Assembly (NCBI GenBank): GCA_964422035.1
Contig: CAYQZQ010000001.1
Span: forward strand, 651,786-715,785
Direction: 5' to 3'
Origin: an uncultured Pseudomonadales bacterium
Lineage (GTDB): Bacteria; Patescibacteriota; Microgenomatia; UBA1400; Chazhemtobacteraceae
DNA: 64,000 nucleotides
The notes under the pieces were generated by a model, which was not told where the DNA came from, made no database searches, and was given only the letters and a program-made list of their open reading frames with translations. The translations under genes and the position numbers were made by a program. Every line of letters starts with the position of its first letter. Within the stretch, counting starts at the first letter, position 1. Below are positions 9,671-18,766 of the stretch, in pieces.

Positions 9671-10741
9671 ATGAAGGCTATAAATAAGCTACAGAATTTT
9701 AAGATAAGGTTTGACAAGATCTTGCAAGAAGAGATCTTGGAGTGGAGGAGAGAGGCGGTGAGGTTAGATGAGCGGTGGGAGCTATTTATGAAAGTACTGG
9801 AAGAGTTTGTAGTTAGGGGCGGGAAAAGGATAAGGCCGGCGTTTTTATACTATTCATATTTGGCTTGTGGAGGAGAAGAGGCGGAGAAAGCAATGAGAGC
9901 AGGGGTAAGTCTGGAGCTTTTGCATGCGTTTTTGTTGATTCACGATGATATGATAGATAATTCTGATTTAAGACGAGGGGGTCCGACTGTTCACAAGGTT
10001 TTTGAGGAGGAGCACAAGAAAATGTCTTTGGAAGGAAATAGTGAGGAGTTTGGTAGATCAACGGCAATGATTTTAGGAGACGTGGTGCAGATGCTAGCAA
10101 GAAAACAGTTGCGCAAGGTGGACTTGAGGGAAGATATGTATAGAGAAAGCGAGAAAATAATGGAAGATCTTTTATGGGAGACGGCGTATGGTTGGTATAT
10201 TGAGATGTTGAATGCAAAAACCAGAGTGATTGAAGAGAAAGATGTTAAAAGATCGATGGAGTATGTTTCAGCTAGATATACAGTGTCAGGGCCGGTGAAG
10301 ATGGGAGCGATGTTGGCAGAAGCTGAAGTAGGAAAAATTAAGGCACTGGAGGAGTATGGACTGAATTTGGGTTTGGCTTTTCAGATTCAGGATGATGTTT
10401 TGGGGATGTTTGGAGATGAAGCAAAGGTGGGCAAGCCGGTGGAAAGTGATTTGAAAGAGGGAAAAAAGACGCTTTTGATTTTAAGAACACTTGACAAGCT
10501 TGAAGATGAAGAAACTAAGAATAAGCTGATGAGTATATATGGAAACAGTGAGGCAACAAGGCAGGATTTGGTTTGGGTGAGAGATTTAATAAAGAGTGAA
10601 GGTGTTTTGGAGGAGGTAAAAGGGGAGGCAAGAGGGTTGGCTGAGAAAGCGAAAAAGGAGTTAAAAAGCTTAGATTGGGATGAGAAAGGAGAGGGGTTTC
10701 TATTGGGTATAGCTTCATATATAGTAGAAAGACAAGTATGA
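9671..10741 (+). CDS. idsA: Polyprenyl diphosphate synthase (GGPP/FPP synthase)
   Basis: GGKRIRP, FARM FLLIHDDMID..RRG, SARM FQIQDD, DLKEGKKT. Confidence 0.9.
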   Translation: MKAINKLQNFKIRFDKILQEEILEWRREAVRLDERWELFMKVLEEFVVRGGKRIRPAFLYYSYLACGGEEAEKAMRAGVSLELLHAFLLIHDDMIDNSDLRRGGPTVHKVFEEEHKKMSLEGNSEEFGRSTAMILGDVVQMLARKQLRKVDLREDMYRESEKIMEDLLWETAYGWYIEMLNAKTRVIEEKDVKRSMEYVSARYTVSGPVKMGAMLAEAEVGKIKALEEYGLNLGLAFQIQDDVLGMFGDEAKVGKPVESDLKEGKKTLLILRTLDKLEDEETKNKLMSIYGNSEATRQDLVWVRDLIKSEGVLEEVKGEARGLAEKAKKELKSLDWDEKGEGFLLGIASYIVERQV

Positions 10742-11247
10742 GAAAAGTTCAAGTAGTAAATAACCAAGGGGAGACGATTGGAGAAGAGGAGAAGCTGGCA
10801 GCACACAAGAAGGGTTTATTGCACAGAGCGTTTTCAGTCTTTGTTTTTAATAGTGATGGAGAGTTGATGTTACAACAAAGAGCCAGTGGTAAATATCACT
10901 CAGGAGGTTTGTGGAGTAATACATGTTGCTCTCATCCGGAGCCGGGAGAAGAAGTGTTGGAGGCGGCGCATAGGAGAATTCAAGAAGAGATGGGGTTTGA
11001 TTGTGAGATGGAAGAGAAGTTTACATTTCAATACAGAGTGGAGTTTGAGAATGGGTTAGTGGAAAATGAGTATGATCATGTGATTTTTGGAGAGTATGAT
11101 GGAGAACCTGATCCTAGTGAAGAAGAGGCAGATGATTGGAAGTGGGAGAGTTTGGAAAAAATTAGAGAGGAAGTGGAGGAGAAACCAGAGAAGTTTAGTT
11201 TTTGGTTTAAGGGTTTGTTATCTGAGGTTATTGAAAAGAGAAGTTAA
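10738..11247 (+). CDS. idi: Type 1 isopentenyl-diphosphate delta-isomerase
   Basis: LHRAFSVF, WSNTCCSHP, ENEYDHV. Confidence 0.95.
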   Translation: MRKVQVVNNQGETIGEEEKLAAHKKGLLHRAFSVFVFNSDGELMLQQRASGKYHSGGLWSNTCCSHPEPGEEVLEAAHRRIQEEMGFDCEMEEKFTFQYRVEFENGLVENEYDHVIFGEYDGEPDPSEEEADDWKWESLEKIREEVEEKPEKFSFWFKGLLSEVIEKRS

Positions 11248-11963
11248 GAGGTTTTGTTTTTTGAGTCTCCTCCAAAACGGCGATCGCGTGAAGTGTAGCT
11301 TTGGAGAGCTTTGTTGAATTGGTTGGTGTCAAAGTCAGGGAAGAGAGTATCGGTAAAGTAGAGCTCTGAATAAACTGCTTGCCAGGGCAAGAAGCCGGAA
11401 AGGCGAACTTCACCTCCGGTGCGGATGATTAGGTCAGGGTCAGGCAGGTCAGCAGTATCAAGCATGGAGGAGAAAAGCTCTTCGGTGACTTCTTTGGCCT
11501 GGTAACCTTTTTTGATGATTTTTTTGACAGCTCGAAGTATTTCGTCACGGCCGCCGTAGTTTAGAGCAAAGGAAACAGTAATTTGATCATTGTCTTTGGA
11601 TTTTTGAATCAGTTTTTGAACTTTTTGGGCGATGTCTTGAGGGAAGCGGTCTACTTGACCAAGAACATTTAGTCTAGCACCTTTTTTAATGAATCTATCA
11701 GCTAAAGTTTTTAAGCCCTTGCGGAAGATTGAGAAAAGAGCCTGAATTTCATCCTTGTCTCTTTTCCAGTTTTCGGTTGAGAAAGCCCAGAAGGTGACGT
11801 AGGGGATATTAAGTTGGGCACAGCGCTCAATGATGGGTTCGATTACATTCATGGCAGCGTGGTCGTGACCTTCGACGGGTTCTTTGTCTTGGTTTTTAGC
11901 CCAGCGACGATTGCCGTCCATGATGATAGCAACGTGTTGAGGGGTTTTTAGGCTTTTTTCCAT
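11244..11963 (-). CDS. uppS: Undecaprenyl/polyprenyl diphosphate synthase (cis-prenyltransferase)
   Basis: HVAIIMDGNRRWA, FSTENW, NYGGRDEI, IRTGGEVRLSGFLPWQ, RRFG. Confidence 0.97.
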   Translation of the reverse strand: MEKSLKTPQHVAIIMDGNRRWAKNQDKEPVEGHDHAAMNVIEPIIERCAQLNIPYVTFWAFSTENWKRDKDEIQALFSIFRKGLKTLADRFIKKGARLNVLGQVDRFPQDIAQKVQKLIQKSKDNDQITVSFALNYGGRDEILRAVKKIIKKGYQAKEVTEELFSSMLDTADLPDPDLIIRTGGEVRLSGFLPWQAVYSELYFTDTLFPDFDTNQFNKALQSYTSRDRRFGGDSKNKTS

Positions 11964-12023
11964 AGAACTGATTATAACAATTATGTGTTTGCGTTAATTA
12001 TGCGTTAATTATGCGGGAATTAT

Positions 12024-12353
12024 TTAAAATGGAAGAATTGAAGAATCGTAGTTTAGCATAGAAGTGATAATTTTAACAATTAAAAATGAGGCTAAGACAA
12101 TAACAAGTCCGATAAAACCATTTAGGAGGCGGGTGTTGGTTTTGCTGAGAGACTCCGGGTCATCGCCGCCGAATATGTAGCCAAAAGAAGTGATGATTAG
12201 ATTAATAAAGAAGATAAAAGCGATGATGAAGAAAGCAACATCTAAAAGGTTGAAGCCGCCGGAGGTGATTAATTGGGTAATAGTGGGGTTGTTGGAGGAG
12301 AACTTAGTAGCGGGGTTGTAGAGGTTTGATATGTCTACTTGAGCTAGTTGCAT
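12024..12353 (-). CDS. TrbC/VirB2-type pilin
   Basis: FGYIFGGDDPESLSKTNTRLLNGFIGL between two TM helices. Confidence 0.75.
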   Translation of the reverse strand: MQLAQVDISNLYNPATKFSSNNPTITQLITSGGFNLLDVAFFIIAFIFFINLIITSFGYIFGGDDPESLSKTNTRLLNGFIGLVIVLASFLIVKIITSMLNYDSSILPF

Positions 12354-12357
12354 GGGT

Positions 12358-12903
12358 CTATTGTAAACCAGGTAGGCCTAGAATGTTAATACCGATTATA
12401 TTCATGAGTATAGTGGAGAAGATTATGAAAATGAGTCCGGCGATGGCGGAGGTGATAACCTCTTTGCCGGCGTTGACTTTGTCAGGAATGCCGCCGGAAG
12501 TGGTGATTAAAAATAAACCATAGACAATAAGAATTAAAGCGATGGCCCCACCGATGCCGATACCTAAGGTGAGAATGTTTTTGATAAAACCGTCTCCTTG
12601 TAGATTGGTGGGAATGCAGCCTAAGGCTGTGTTGATTCCTTGGTTACCATTACACTGAAGATTGTTGACATCAGAAGATCCTTTAAGGTTTTTGTTTTTT
12701 TGGTCTCTGGTGTTTTCGCAAGCTTCGAGTGAGGAGTAGACGGAGTCGCCGCTGTTGAGATTGGTTTCTTGGCAACTGCAGCCGTAACTAGTACAGTGAA
12801 GAATGTAGTTTTGGGAGCTCTGGGCTTTGGCAGGTAAAGAAGTGAGGAGAGAGAAGGATAGAAGAGCGGTAAAGATAATAATAATTTTAGTTTTCATAAG
12901 CAA
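12358..12903 (-). CDS. Pilin-like protein with Cys-rich N-terminal extension
   Basis: Signal peptide, Cys pairs, GINTALGCIP, then TTSGGIPDKVNAGKEVITSAIAGL. Confidence 0.8.
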   Translation of the reverse strand: MLMKTKIIIIFTALLSFSLLTSLPAKAQSSQNYILHCTSYGCSCQETNLNSGDSVYSSLEACENTRDQKNKNLKGSSDVNNLQCNGNQGINTALGCIPTNLQGDGFIKNILTLGIGIGGAIALILIVYGLFLITTSGGIPDKVNAGKEVITSAIAGLIFIIFSTILMNIIGINILGLPGLQ

Positions 12904-12942
12904 TGGTTAAATTTTACCAGAGAAGTAGGTACAATATAAACC

Positions 12943-14727
12943 ATGAGGAAATATGTAAAGATTGGATTGTTGATAACAGTGATAGTAGGAGGGGTGGTAG
13001 TATTTGCGACTAATAATAGAATTAGAGCTGAGGAAAACTGTGAACAGTTTAAGGAAAACAGTGGAAATTATTATGAGTGTTTGGGAAAAGAGATTAGTGA
13101 TTTAGAAGAGAAGCTACAACTTTCTAAGGCAGCTACTGCTCCTTTGGAAGCAGAGATGAATAAATTAGAAAGCAGGATTGATTCGATTCAAGCTCAGATT
13201 AGGGCGGCAGAAACAAGGAGAGAAAAACTGGTGGAAGAGATAGAGGAAAGAGAAGATAATTTGGCGGTTCAGTATGTTTTGTTGCGTCAGAAGTTGCGAG
13301 AGTATTACAAAAGAATGAGATCTTCCTCAAGTATGGTGTTTTTATTATCAGAAGTTGGTTCAGGAGAGGTGAGTAGAGATTTAGGATATAGAGAAGTGGC
13401 AACAAAACAAGATAGGAAGTTAATTTTGTCGATCTCAGATGAAATTGTAGGGTTAGAAGAGGATAAAAAGCAGGTGGAGGAAAGTAAAAAGGAGTTGGCA
13501 GTGCTACAAAGTCGGCTGGATGAGCAAAAGGAATTTTTTGAAGGGGAGATAGCAGGAGCGAAGGCTTATCAGACAGATTTGGAGGGGCAAATTGCAGAAC
13601 TGACTTCGAAGCAGCAGCAGTTGTTAGCGGAAAAGTATGGAAGTTTAAATTTGCCAGAAAGTTTAGGGGCGGGAACGTTGTATTGTACAGATGATAGAAA
13701 TCTAAATCCGGGCTTTTCACCAGCTTTTGCTTTTTACACTTATGGAATTCCTCATAGGGTGGGGATGAGTCAATATGGGGCTTACGGGAGAGCTAGTTCA
13801 GGACAGAGTTATACACAGATTTTAGAAGCTTATTTTAGTGCGTCTCTTGAATGTAAAGATATGCCAAGTGAGATTTTGGTAGAAGGATATGGTGTTCGTA
13901 GTATGGATGATTATGTTAAGGGAGTGGTGAATAAAGAGATGGGAGCTGATTTAGTTGAAGCACTGAAAGCTCAGGCAGTGGCAGCTCGTTCTTATGCTTT
14001 GGCTTATACTAATAATGCTCAAAAATCGATTTGTGCAACTCAGAGTTGTCAGGTTTATTCTGATGCAAGAAGAGGGGTGGTTGACGGTGCAGTGGATGCG
14101 ACAGGTAAGAATGTGTGTGGAGATGGGCGGGCACAAGTTTTAACTTCTAATGGGCAGCCAGTGACTGCGTGGTATGCATCAACGGCAGGTGGTTATACGT
14201 TTTTTAATTCTGATGTGTGGGGTGGGTCAAGAAGACCTTGGACAAAGCGGGTGGTAGATGCTTCTGGTTCGGTGGGTAGTTTTAGTGATTTGCATAATAA
14301 AGCGTATGATAAAGATTCATCTTGTTTTTATGCAGCTCAAGGCTGGAGAAGTCAATATGATAATTCGGCTTGGCTTAAAAGTGAGGAGGTGGCAGATATT
14401 GTGAATGTGTTGATGCTGGCTAATAAGGATAGTTCAACGCAGGTGCACTTGCCACAGGTGGATAAGCCAAATCCGGATGGTAAAGAGACTTGGGATGCAG
14501 AAAGAGTAAAGTCAGAGTTAAGGTCCAAGGATGGCAATCCTTATAATTCTGTGTCTTCGGTTTCGGTGAGTGTTGATTTTGGTACAGGAAGAGTTACGAG
14601 CGTGACAGTGTCAGGAGATACAGGAACTAAGTCTTTTGATGGGAGTCGTTTTATAGATTACTTTAATTTGAGAGCGCCAGCTAATATTCAGATAGTGGGA
14701 CCGTTGTTTAATGTGGAAACTAAGTGA
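12943..14727 (+). CDS. SpoIID/LytB-domain peptidoglycan hydrolase with N-terminal coiled coil
   Basis: Signal anchor, long coiled coil, HRVGMSQYGA, EALKAQAVAARSYA, CATQSCQVY. Confidence 0.85.
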   Translation: MRKYVKIGLLITVIVGGVVVFATNNRIRAEENCEQFKENSGNYYECLGKEISDLEEKLQLSKAATAPLEAEMNKLESRIDSIQAQIRAAETRREKLVEEIEEREDNLAVQYVLLRQKLREYYKRMRSSSSMVFLLSEVGSGEVSRDLGYREVATKQDRKLILSISDEIVGLEEDKKQVEESKKELAVLQSRLDEQKEFFEGEIAGAKAYQTDLEGQIAELTSKQQQLLAEKYGSLNLPESLGAGTLYCTDDRNLNPGFSPAFAFYTYGIPHRVGMSQYGAYGRASSGQSYTQILEAYFSASLECKDMPSEILVEGYGVRSMDDYVKGVVNKEMGADLVEALKAQAVAARSYALAYTNNAQKSICATQSCQVYSDARRGVVDGAVDATGKNVCGDGRAQVLTSNGQPVTAWYASTAGGYTFFNSDVWGGSRRPWTKRVVDASGSVGSFSDLHNKAYDKDSSCFYAAQGWRSQYDNSAWLKSEEVADIVNVLMLANKDSSTQVHLPQVDKPNPDGKETWDAERVKSELRSKDGNPYNSVSSVSVSVDFGTGRVTSVTVSGDTGTKSFDGSRFIDYFNLRAPANIQIVGPLFNVETK

Positions 14728-14759
14728 TAGAAAAATAGAGGATAGTGTAAAATTAAGGC

Positions 14760-15452
14760 ATGCCAGAGATATTTAATGCTGAAAAAAAGAAGACTGATAA
14801 GAAAAAAGAGAAGGTGAGTGTGAGAGAGGGTGTTAAAAAGGAAGAGAAAGGAGTAAGCAGTAGTGAAGTATATGAGAAATTAAAGAGTCAAAGTAGATCC
14901 GGAACTTGGAATGCGTTTGCAATTGCCCCTCAAAATGTGCGATTTGAGACTCAAGAGCCTGAAGAGGATGTGATTTTGATGTTGAGGCAACACCCGATTG
15001 TTAATGTGGGCTGGGTTCTGATAGCTATATTATTATTGTTAACACCTACGATGGGAGGGTTGTTGCCGTTTGATATTTTGCCGGTTAGATTTCAGGTGAT
15101 GACGGTGATAGGTTGGTATCTTTTGGTGACAGCTTTTATCTTTCATAAGTTTTTAGACTGGTATTTTAATGTTTACATTGTGACTGATGAGAGAATGGTA
15201 GATATTGATTTTTATGGCCTTGGATACCGAGATTTGACGGTGGCAAAATTAAAAAATATTGAAGATATTAATTTTACTCAAGCTGGTGGAATGGCGGCGA
15301 TGTTTAATTATGGAGATGTGTATGTGCAGACGGCGGGTGAGAAAAGAGAGTTTGATTTTGTGAGGGTGCCGGAGCCAGGGAAAGTGGTGGACATTATTTA
15401 CCAGCTTTTACAGGAGGAAGAGCTGGAAGAGCTGGAGGGAAGGTTAAGATAG
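14760..15452 (+). CDS. Membrane protein with bacterial PH domain
   Basis: Two TM helices, then YIVTDERMVDIDF...IEDI...NYGDVYVQTAG. Confidence 0.8.
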   Translation: MPEIFNAEKKKTDKKKEKVSVREGVKKEEKGVSSSEVYEKLKSQSRSGTWNAFAIAPQNVRFETQEPEEDVILMLRQHPIVNVGWVLIAILLLLTPTMGGLLPFDILPVRFQVMTVIGWYLLVTAFIFHKFLDWYFNVYIVTDERMVDIDFYGLGYRDLTVAKLKNIEDINFTQAGGMAAMFNYGDVYVQTAGEKREFDFVRVPEPGKVVDIIYQLLQEEELEELEGRLR

Positions 15453-15471
15453 TTATAAATAAATTTTAAAA

Positions 15472-15687
15472 ATGAATTTTGATACAAACTTTATATGGCA
15501 GGTTTTAAAGTGGGGGTACGTGTTGGCGTTTGGGTTGTATTTTGTATTTGCAGTTATAGTTTATAGGCAGGTTGAGTTGATGAATAGGACACTGAATGGA
15601 TCGATGGAGTTGTCTTTTAAGATTGCGGCTTTGATTTTAGTGATAGTGTCGGGGGTAGTTTTGGTAATGTCGTTTTTGATTTTGTAA
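15472..15687 (+). CDS. Small two-TM membrane protein (DUF5657-like)
   Basis: LYFVFAVIVYRQVELMNRTL pattern. Confidence 0.6.
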   Translation: MNFDTNFIWQVLKWGYVLAFGLYFVFAVIVYRQVELMNRTLNGSMELSFKIAALILVIVSGVVLVMSFLIL

Positions 15688-15731
15688 AAGAATTTTTCTT
15701 GGCGGCTTGATTTTATTGGTACACTGTACTT

Positions 15732-17576
15732 ATGAGACCGGATGGATTGAGCATTGAGCATTTTCAGTTAGTGGGAGCGGCTAGTGGTGAAAACTGGTCC
15801 CAGGTGAGAGTGGTGGTGCCCTTAAATAAGGAAGAGTTGAAGATGAGAGGGGTGTTGGCAGTGGTAGTGCGAGTGAAAAATGTTGAGGAGGCAGCTGGAG
15901 TAGGAGTCGAGATGTTACAAGATTTGGTAGAGAAGTTTCAGTCTGAGGCGGGGGTGGGTCGATGGGAGTGGGTAAGGCAAGCGGCTGCGTGGTTGGAAGA
16001 AGAGAGGGGAGAAGGCATAGTGGCGGTGATGGTGCCAGTTGATGGGAAAAGGGCGATGTATATTGCTGGGCGGGGTGATATGGTGGTTGAGTTACAAAGA
16101 GAAGGAAATAGTAAGTTGTTATGGGGGAGAGGACAAGATAAGGCTGTGTCGGGGTGGTTGCAAGAGGATGATGAGATAATGCTAGGGACGGATACTTTTT
16201 ATGATAAGGTGTGGAGTAATTTGGATATAGAAGTAGGAGAAGAAAGAATAGAAGAAGCTGGTACGAAAATTACCAGTTCAGAGAATGGAGCTTTAATGGC
16301 GGGATTGGTTCTTGAAGTGGGAGAGATGAGGGAGGAAAGTGAAGAGGTAGCTGGAGAGATAGAGGAAAGTAGAGAGCCAGAGAGAAAAGTTAAAAGAAAG
16401 TGGGCAGGTGAGGGTAAAAAAAAGAAGAGATCTTGGTTGAATCTGCGGAAAAGGAAAAGTTCTGCAGTGAAGCTTTTCCCAGCAAGTAAGGAGGAGTGGA
16501 GTTTGAGGATAGGGGTGGTGTTTTTGATTATTTTTGTAATTAGTGTGTCGTTGGGGGCCTGGCGGAAGAGTAAGCGGGAGAGGCTGGCTGAGTTTAAGGG
16601 GGTGGCGGAGCCGATTGAGTATAATTTGCAAGAGGCGCAAAAACTATTGGAGGTAAATCCAGTAAGGGCAAGAAGTTTAGTGGTTGAAGCTCAAAAATTA
16701 GTTGAGGAACAGGGAGATAGATTTGTGGAAGGAGGTCAGGAGAAAGAATGGGAGAATTTGGTGTCAGAGGTTGATAAAGTGTGGACTGAGGTGTCGGGAG
16801 AAAAAACTTTACAGGCTGATAAGTGGTTAGATTTGTCGGTGGTAAAAGAGGCGGTTGAGGTGAGAGAGATAGTGGTTGAGGAAGATAGTTTGTGGGTAAG
16901 AGATGGAGAAGATAGTCTGCTGGTGATTAATTTGGATGATAAAAGTAGCCAGGTTGTAGCAGGAGGTGAGGTGGCAGGAAAGGCTAGAGCGTTGGGGGTT
17001 TTGGGTGAGGCAGGATTGGTGGGCAAAGACAGTGGAGTGTGGCAGGTGGAAAAAAGTGGAGATGTGAGCCAGGCATTTGAGATAGAAGGAATAAATCTGG
17101 TTGATTTGGAGGGGTACGCGAATAACATATATGTTTTGGCAGATGAGGGTGTTTTTAAGTATCCGGGAATAGAAGAGGGGTTTGGTAAAAGGAGAAGATA
17201 CCTGGGAGCAGGTGAAGAGGTATCAGTAGGTCAGGTTTTGGAGATGGAGATTGATGGTGATATCTGGGTTTTAGGTGAAAAAGGAGAGGTGGAAAGGTTA
17301 AGCAGAGGCCAGAAAACAAACTTTTCTTTGGAGGGAATGGTGGGAGAGTGGCAGGAACCTAAGGGACTGATGGTTGATAAGGAAAGAGGCAGTGTTTGGG
17401 TATGGGATAAAGGAAGAGGGGAAGTGATAGAGTTTGGCAGAGAAGATGGTCAGTATAAACATGCATGGAAGGAGGAGAAGTTGAAAGATTTTGAAGTAGT
17501 GGAGTGGGATGGAGAGAGAAATAGGCTGATAGCAACTGAAGGAAGCCAGCTTTGGGTGATGGAGATAAAAGAGTAA
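15732..17576 (+). CDS. Membrane-anchored protein: degenerate PP2C-like N-terminus, TM, beta-propeller-like C-terminus
   Basis: SGWLQEDDEIMLGTD segment, central TM, repeated beta-strand motifs (NIYVLA, DIWVLG, SVWVWD). Confidence 0.55.
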   Translation: MRPDGLSIEHFQLVGAASGENWSQVRVVVPLNKEELKMRGVLAVVVRVKNVEEAAGVGVEMLQDLVEKFQSEAGVGRWEWVRQAAAWLEEERGEGIVAVMVPVDGKRAMYIAGRGDMVVELQREGNSKLLWGRGQDKAVSGWLQEDDEIMLGTDTFYDKVWSNLDIEVGEERIEEAGTKITSSENGALMAGLVLEVGEMREESEEVAGEIEESREPERKVKRKWAGEGKKKKRSWLNLRKRKSSAVKLFPASKEEWSLRIGVVFLIIFVISVSLGAWRKSKRERLAEFKGVAEPIEYNLQEAQKLLEVNPVRARSLVVEAQKLVEEQGDRFVEGGQEKEWENLVSEVDKVWTEVSGEKTLQADKWLDLSVVKEAVEVREIVVEEDSLWVRDGEDSLLVINLDDKSSQVVAGGEVAGKARALGVLGEAGLVGKDSGVWQVEKSGDVSQAFEIEGINLVDLEGYANNIYVLADEGVFKYPGIEEGFGKRRRYLGAGEEVSVGQVLEMEIDGDIWVLGEKGEVERLSRGQKTNFSLEGMVGEWQEPKGLMVDKERGSVWVWDKGRGEVIEFGREDGQYKHAWKEEKLKDFEVVEWDGERNRLIATEGSQLWVMEIKE

Positions 17577-17585
17577 AATAAGGGT

Positions 17586-18026
17586 ATGACAGTTGTAAAT
17601 AGAAAAGCCAAGTATGAGTATGAAATTTTGGAAACCTGGGAAGCAGGGATAGTTTTGGATGGTTGGGAAGTGAAAAGTGCTAAAAAAGATCAGGTGTCTT
17701 TGTCTGGCTCAAGGGTGACGGTTCGAGATGGAGAGCTTTATGTAGTTGGAATGCAGATTAATCCGTATCAAAAACAGGTTGAAGAGCAAAAACCAGACAG
17801 GTCTAGAAAGCTTCTTTTATCAAAAAAAGAGATTGATAGTATTGTGGGTAATCTGAGTCGAAAAGGATTGACCGTGGTGCCTTTAAAGTGCTATAATAAG
17901 GGTGGATTGGTGAAGTTAGAGATAGGGTTGGTAAGGCGAAAAAAAGAATGGGAGAAGAGAAGGAAGATAAGGAAAAGAGAAGCAGAGAGAAAGGTCAAAA
18001 ACTTATTAAAAGTACATAAAAAGTGA
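17586..18026 (+). CDS. smpB: SsrA-binding protein
   Basis: NRKAKYEYEILETWEAGIVLDGWEVKS, RSRKLLL; tmRNA nearby. Confidence 0.97.
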   Translation: MTVVNRKAKYEYEILETWEAGIVLDGWEVKSAKKDQVSLSGSRVTVRDGELYVVGMQINPYQKQVEEQKPDRSRKLLLSKKEIDSIVGNLSRKGLTVVPLKCYNKGGLVKLEIGLVRRKKEWEKRRKIRKREAERKVKNLLKVHKK

Positions 18027-18280
18027 ATAATAAAGTTAAAGTTCTCTGGAATAAAGTAATGCCTGATTGTGTTTCTGGTTTGAGTTGGGGAAAAGAGCTG
18101 GGAAACATAGAAGGAGAAGAGGAATGGAAAATAACTTTGGAGAGCAACCTTTCAGAACTAGATGAAGAAGAGTTTGATGTGTTTTTGGCTCAGTTGGTTA
18201 TTAAAGCTTCGGGTAAAGGGGTGGTAGGCAAGGATTTGACAGGCACGATTGAGTTAATGAGAAAATGGCGCAATAAGTAG
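18023..18280 (+). CDS. Hypothetical protein
   Basis: 85-aa ORF overlapping the smpB stop; host codon style. Confidence 0.55.
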   Translation: MNNKVKVLWNKVMPDCVSGLSWGKELGNIEGEEEWKITLESNLSELDEEEFDVFLAQLVIKASGKGVVGKDLTGTIELMRKWRNK

Positions 18281-18317
18281 ATTTTTGAGAGATTTTTGAT
18301 ATAATATAGGTTCAGTT

Positions 18318-18715
18318 GGGGACGTTTCGGCTTCGACGAGTATGTACTTTAACAACAGCAAGCTAAGCTGAGTCAACTTATGAAACTGACTTAAAACAAA
18401 ACATGAGGATTCTATCCTTGCTAACATAACTTTCTCGGAAGGGGAAGATTATGTTCCGGCCACTTCAGGCTATGCTTACGCATATGCTTAAAAGTGAAAG
18501 GCGTTTTTAGGTAAGATGTCTGGGGCAAGCCTAAAAGCGTTTACTTACTCAGACTGCAAAAATCAGAGCTGACCTAACTGATTTTTAAGAATTTTGGTCA
18601 AACTTTATGTTGAGGTTTGTTTATTGGCTGGCATAAAGCATTACAATAAACTAAGCTTGTAGAAGTTGTTTAGGATCATGTTCGGACGTGGGTTCGAATC
18701 CCACCGTCTCCACCA
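18318..18715 (+). ncRNA. ssrA: tmRNA
   Basis: 5' GGGGACG..TTCGACG pairs with 3' GTGGGTTCGAATCCCACCGTCTCCACCA (G-U at position 3); internal tag ORF ends GYAYAYA-TAA; TATAAT upstream; next to smpB. Confidence 0.95.
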
Positions 18716-18716
18716 A

Positions 18717-18750
18717 GAAAACCTCGATCTTTGATCGGGGTTTTTTGTTT
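18717..18750 (+). terminator. Intrinsic terminator of ssrA
   Basis: AAAACCTCGATC-ttt-GATCGGGGTTTT followed by a T-tract. Confidence 0.85.
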
Positions 18751-18766
18751 GGGGTAAAGTTAAGTT

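Noticed and set aside
7139-12903. Diversity-generating retroelement or shufflon acting on pilins
   Set aside because: No reverse transcriptase or site-specific recombinase in the window; the repeats are direct, and three mismatches per copy are too few to show an adenine-specific pattern.
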